From: Octopus vulgaris
Lineage: Eukaryota
Assembly (NCBI GenBank): GCA_951406725.2
Contig: OX597814.1
Coordinates: 71,734,001 to 71,798,000, forward strand
Direction of reading: 5' to 3'
Length of the DNA: 64,000 bases
Position numbers and translations under genes: made by a program. Below, piece after piece: positions 61,476 through 64,000 of this stretch (its first letter is position 1; each line of letters opens with the position of its first letter). The notes beneath the pieces are model-generated. The model saw only the letters and a program-made list of their open reading frames with translations, had not been told where the DNA came from and ran no database searches.

Positions 61476-62345
61476 ATGAGATGGGAAGCCTTCTTCTTTG
61501 ACATGAAGCAACAATCTAATAGAAACAAATATGGCCTTAAATCTTCTAAAAATCCACCACCTATTTCAGAATTAAAGCCTTCAAAAATGACCTTTCCGAG
61601 CTTATTAGAAGAATTAAATTCTGCAAATTCAACAACCCATGATATGAAGGAAAAAATTAGACATAAAAAAAACTCAGATAAAATCTTCATAATTGCAGAT
61701 GAAACAAAAATCTTATATGCGGTTGACAAAGATGTTTATAAACGTCTACTTTCGAACAGTATTACAGACACCTACAAAAAAAATAACACAAATTTACATA
61801 AAGAGGTGAATTTGGAGGCAAGAAGAATTGCTAACAATCTTAAAGTTAGTGATAGGATAGAATACCTCCTCCTACACCAACCCTTTATTACGTGAAAGAC
61901 CACAAAGCAAATTTCAATAGAAACCATAAATGTAGGTAGACTAATTAACCTAGCTAAAACTGAAATAGGCATTATTAGTAAATATATTTTAGATCGTATT
62001 TTAAGCAAGTTAAATAGTAAATAAGATTTAGGGATTTGGAGAAATAGCAAGTCAGTGATAGATTGGTTCAGAGGAATTAGCCATAAGCGCAACTGCAAAT
62101 CTACAAGAATAGGATAGCAACACATCTTGTCTGGCAATTGAAGGAGAATGACACCCGTCCTTTCAATATCAGCAGGACAGTTTTGGAACAAGCACCATCA
62201 TACAAACATGGAGCCTATAGATGACCTATGAAATGTAATCTTTGCCTCTCAGAAATGTTCTTCATCCTGTTCCAGGGTAAACATGCATTGAAACAGAGAC
62301 GTGAGCTCTTACATTCCTGCAGGCATGCTGTGAGGTTTAAAACAT
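61476..62345 (+). mobile_element. Internally deleted Penelope-like element (Naiad-like): RT N-terminus joined to GIY-YIG C-terminus
   Basis: MRWEAFFF..YGLKS..PP..ELK, ADET..LY, FIT.KDHK.NF..RLINLAKTEIG; later CNLCLSE..ELLHSCRH. Confidence 0.75.
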
Positions 62346-62534
62346 CAACTGAAAAATACCATATGGGTAAAATTTTTTGACTTCCACATTTGAATTTAGC
62401 TTTACACCTTATATATAGTTACATTTGTATTACAATGCTAGTTCATATTTTGACTTCACATTTATATTTTACATCCAACTTTTAAGAAGTTGGAAACTGG
62501 AGATTGACGAATAGTTGATAAGGGCTGTACAGGC

Positions 62535-64000
62535 CATATACAGAGTAAGGTTAGGATTGGAAATGAGTATAGTGAACGATTCCAGGTAGAAGTAGGGGTC
62601 CACCAAGGTTCAGCCCTCAGTCCCCTTTTATTCATCATAGTCCTCCAGGCAATAACAGAGGAATTCAAGACGGGTTGCCCCTGGGTGCTCCTCTATGCTG
62701 ATGACCTGGCCCTCATAGCAAAATCACTACTGGAACTAGAAAAGAAATTTCGGGTATGGAAGCTAGGTTTAGAATCAAATGGCCTTAGAGTCAATGTAGC
62801 AAAGACCAAAGTTCAAGTAAGGCAAACTCATCACACACACCCTCAGGTAGGTGGCCCTGCGCAATCTGTAGAAAAGGTGTAGGTAGAAAATACATAAGAT
62901 GTACCCAGTGTAAGCTATGGACGCATAAGAGGTGCAGCAACATCAAAGGAAAATTAACCGAGAAGTTAGCTTTCAAGTGTGGCAGATACACTGGGGCAAT
63001 AGACACCACAGATACTCAGAAAACAGATTCCATCACACTCCAGGGGGAGAAACTAAAGGTAGTTGATAGCTTCCGATACCTAAGTGACCAAATTTGTAGT
63101 GGAGGTGGATGCTCAGAAAGTGTTACCACTAGAATAAGAATAACCTGGGCAAAGTTTAGAAGCTTCTACCTCTACTGGTGACAAAGAGTCTCTTGCTCAG
63201 TGTGAAAGGTAGATTGTACAATGCATGTGTGCAAACTGCCATGCTTCATAGCAGTGAAACATAGGCTGTGACTGCGGAGGACATGTGTAGGCTCGAAAGA
63301 AATGAAGCTAGCATGATCCACTGGATGTGTAATGTCAGTGTGCATACACGACAGAGCGTAAGCATCCTGAAAGAAATGTTGGACATAAGAAGTATCGGAT
63401 GAGGCGTGCAAGAGAGACGTTTGCGCTGGTATGGATGGATGAGGAGAGATGTGTGAATAAGTGCCACTCCCAAACAGTTGAAGGAATCCAGTGTAGAGAT
63501 AGACCCAGGAAGACATGGGATGAGGTGGTCAAGCATGACCTTCGAACGTTGGGCCTCACAGAGGCAATGACGAAAGACTGAGACCTCTGGAGATATGCTG
63601 TGACTGCGAAGATCCAACAAATAAAGTGAGTTCATGGCTGTATCCAACACAAGCTTCACATAACCAGCCCCAGCCCATTCAAAGTACCTTGGATCGCAGG
63701 ACGGCCTGCAGCACTTACCTTGGATCATAGGGTGACCTGCTGTGCTTGAGGAGACCTATTGAGTCAAGACATCAACATCAAAATAAAAATCAAATGGAGA
63801 TTGTAGTTGTGATATCCATGCCGGTGGCACGTAAAAAGCACCATCCAGACATGGCCAATGCCAGCGCCGCCTTGACTGGCTTCCTTGCTGGTGGCACATA
63901 AAAAGCACCAAGCGATTGTGGCCATTGCCAGCCTCCTCTGGCCCCTGTGCCAGTGGAACATAAAAAGCACCCACTACACTCACAGAGTGGTTGGTGTTAG
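62535..64000 (+). mobile_element. RTE LINE 3' part (RT to 3' UTR, runs off the window)
   Basis: GVHQGSALSPLLF, LLYADDL, RPRKTWDEVVKHDL; 3' ggtggcacgtaaaaagcacc units. Confidence 0.9.

Noticed and set aside
61476-62345. Selenocysteine-recoded Naiad ORF (TGA at 61893)
   Set aside because: The TGA falls at a normally hydrophobic position in a frameshifted, deleted copy; no SECIS seen

Overview
AT-rich eukaryotic (animal) genomic DNA. The repeat repertoire resembles cephalopods, probably Octopus (inference, not searched). The only host gene I can support is MEGF8 on the minus strand: four GT-AG exons at 58368-58265, 54596-54328, 40461-40233 and 38283-38057 with compatible phases. The rest is probably MEGF8 intron. 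Bases 1-30.9 kb are a very long (TA)n tract studded with retroelements: four near-identical copies of a CR1-group LINE (family A), one related LINE (family B), several Penelope-like ends carrying hammerhead-ribozyme-like motifs, and an RTE 3' end with a 62-bp minisatellite. Bases 31-64 kb hold Tc1/mariner, piggyBac, MITE, RTE, Tx1, Naiad-type Penelope and tRNA/CORE SINE relics. Best leads: (TA)n-targeted retroelements; hammerhead-like motifs all lying sense to the host pre-mRNA; a probable -1 frameshift signal in both LINE families; a LINE-SINE pair sharing a covarying 3' hairpin; a Tx1 in (AAT)n; and paired loss of two PSI-domain cysteines in MEGF8. The long IY/YI ORFs are microsatellite artefacts, and TA tract lengths and junctions may be partly assembly artefacts.
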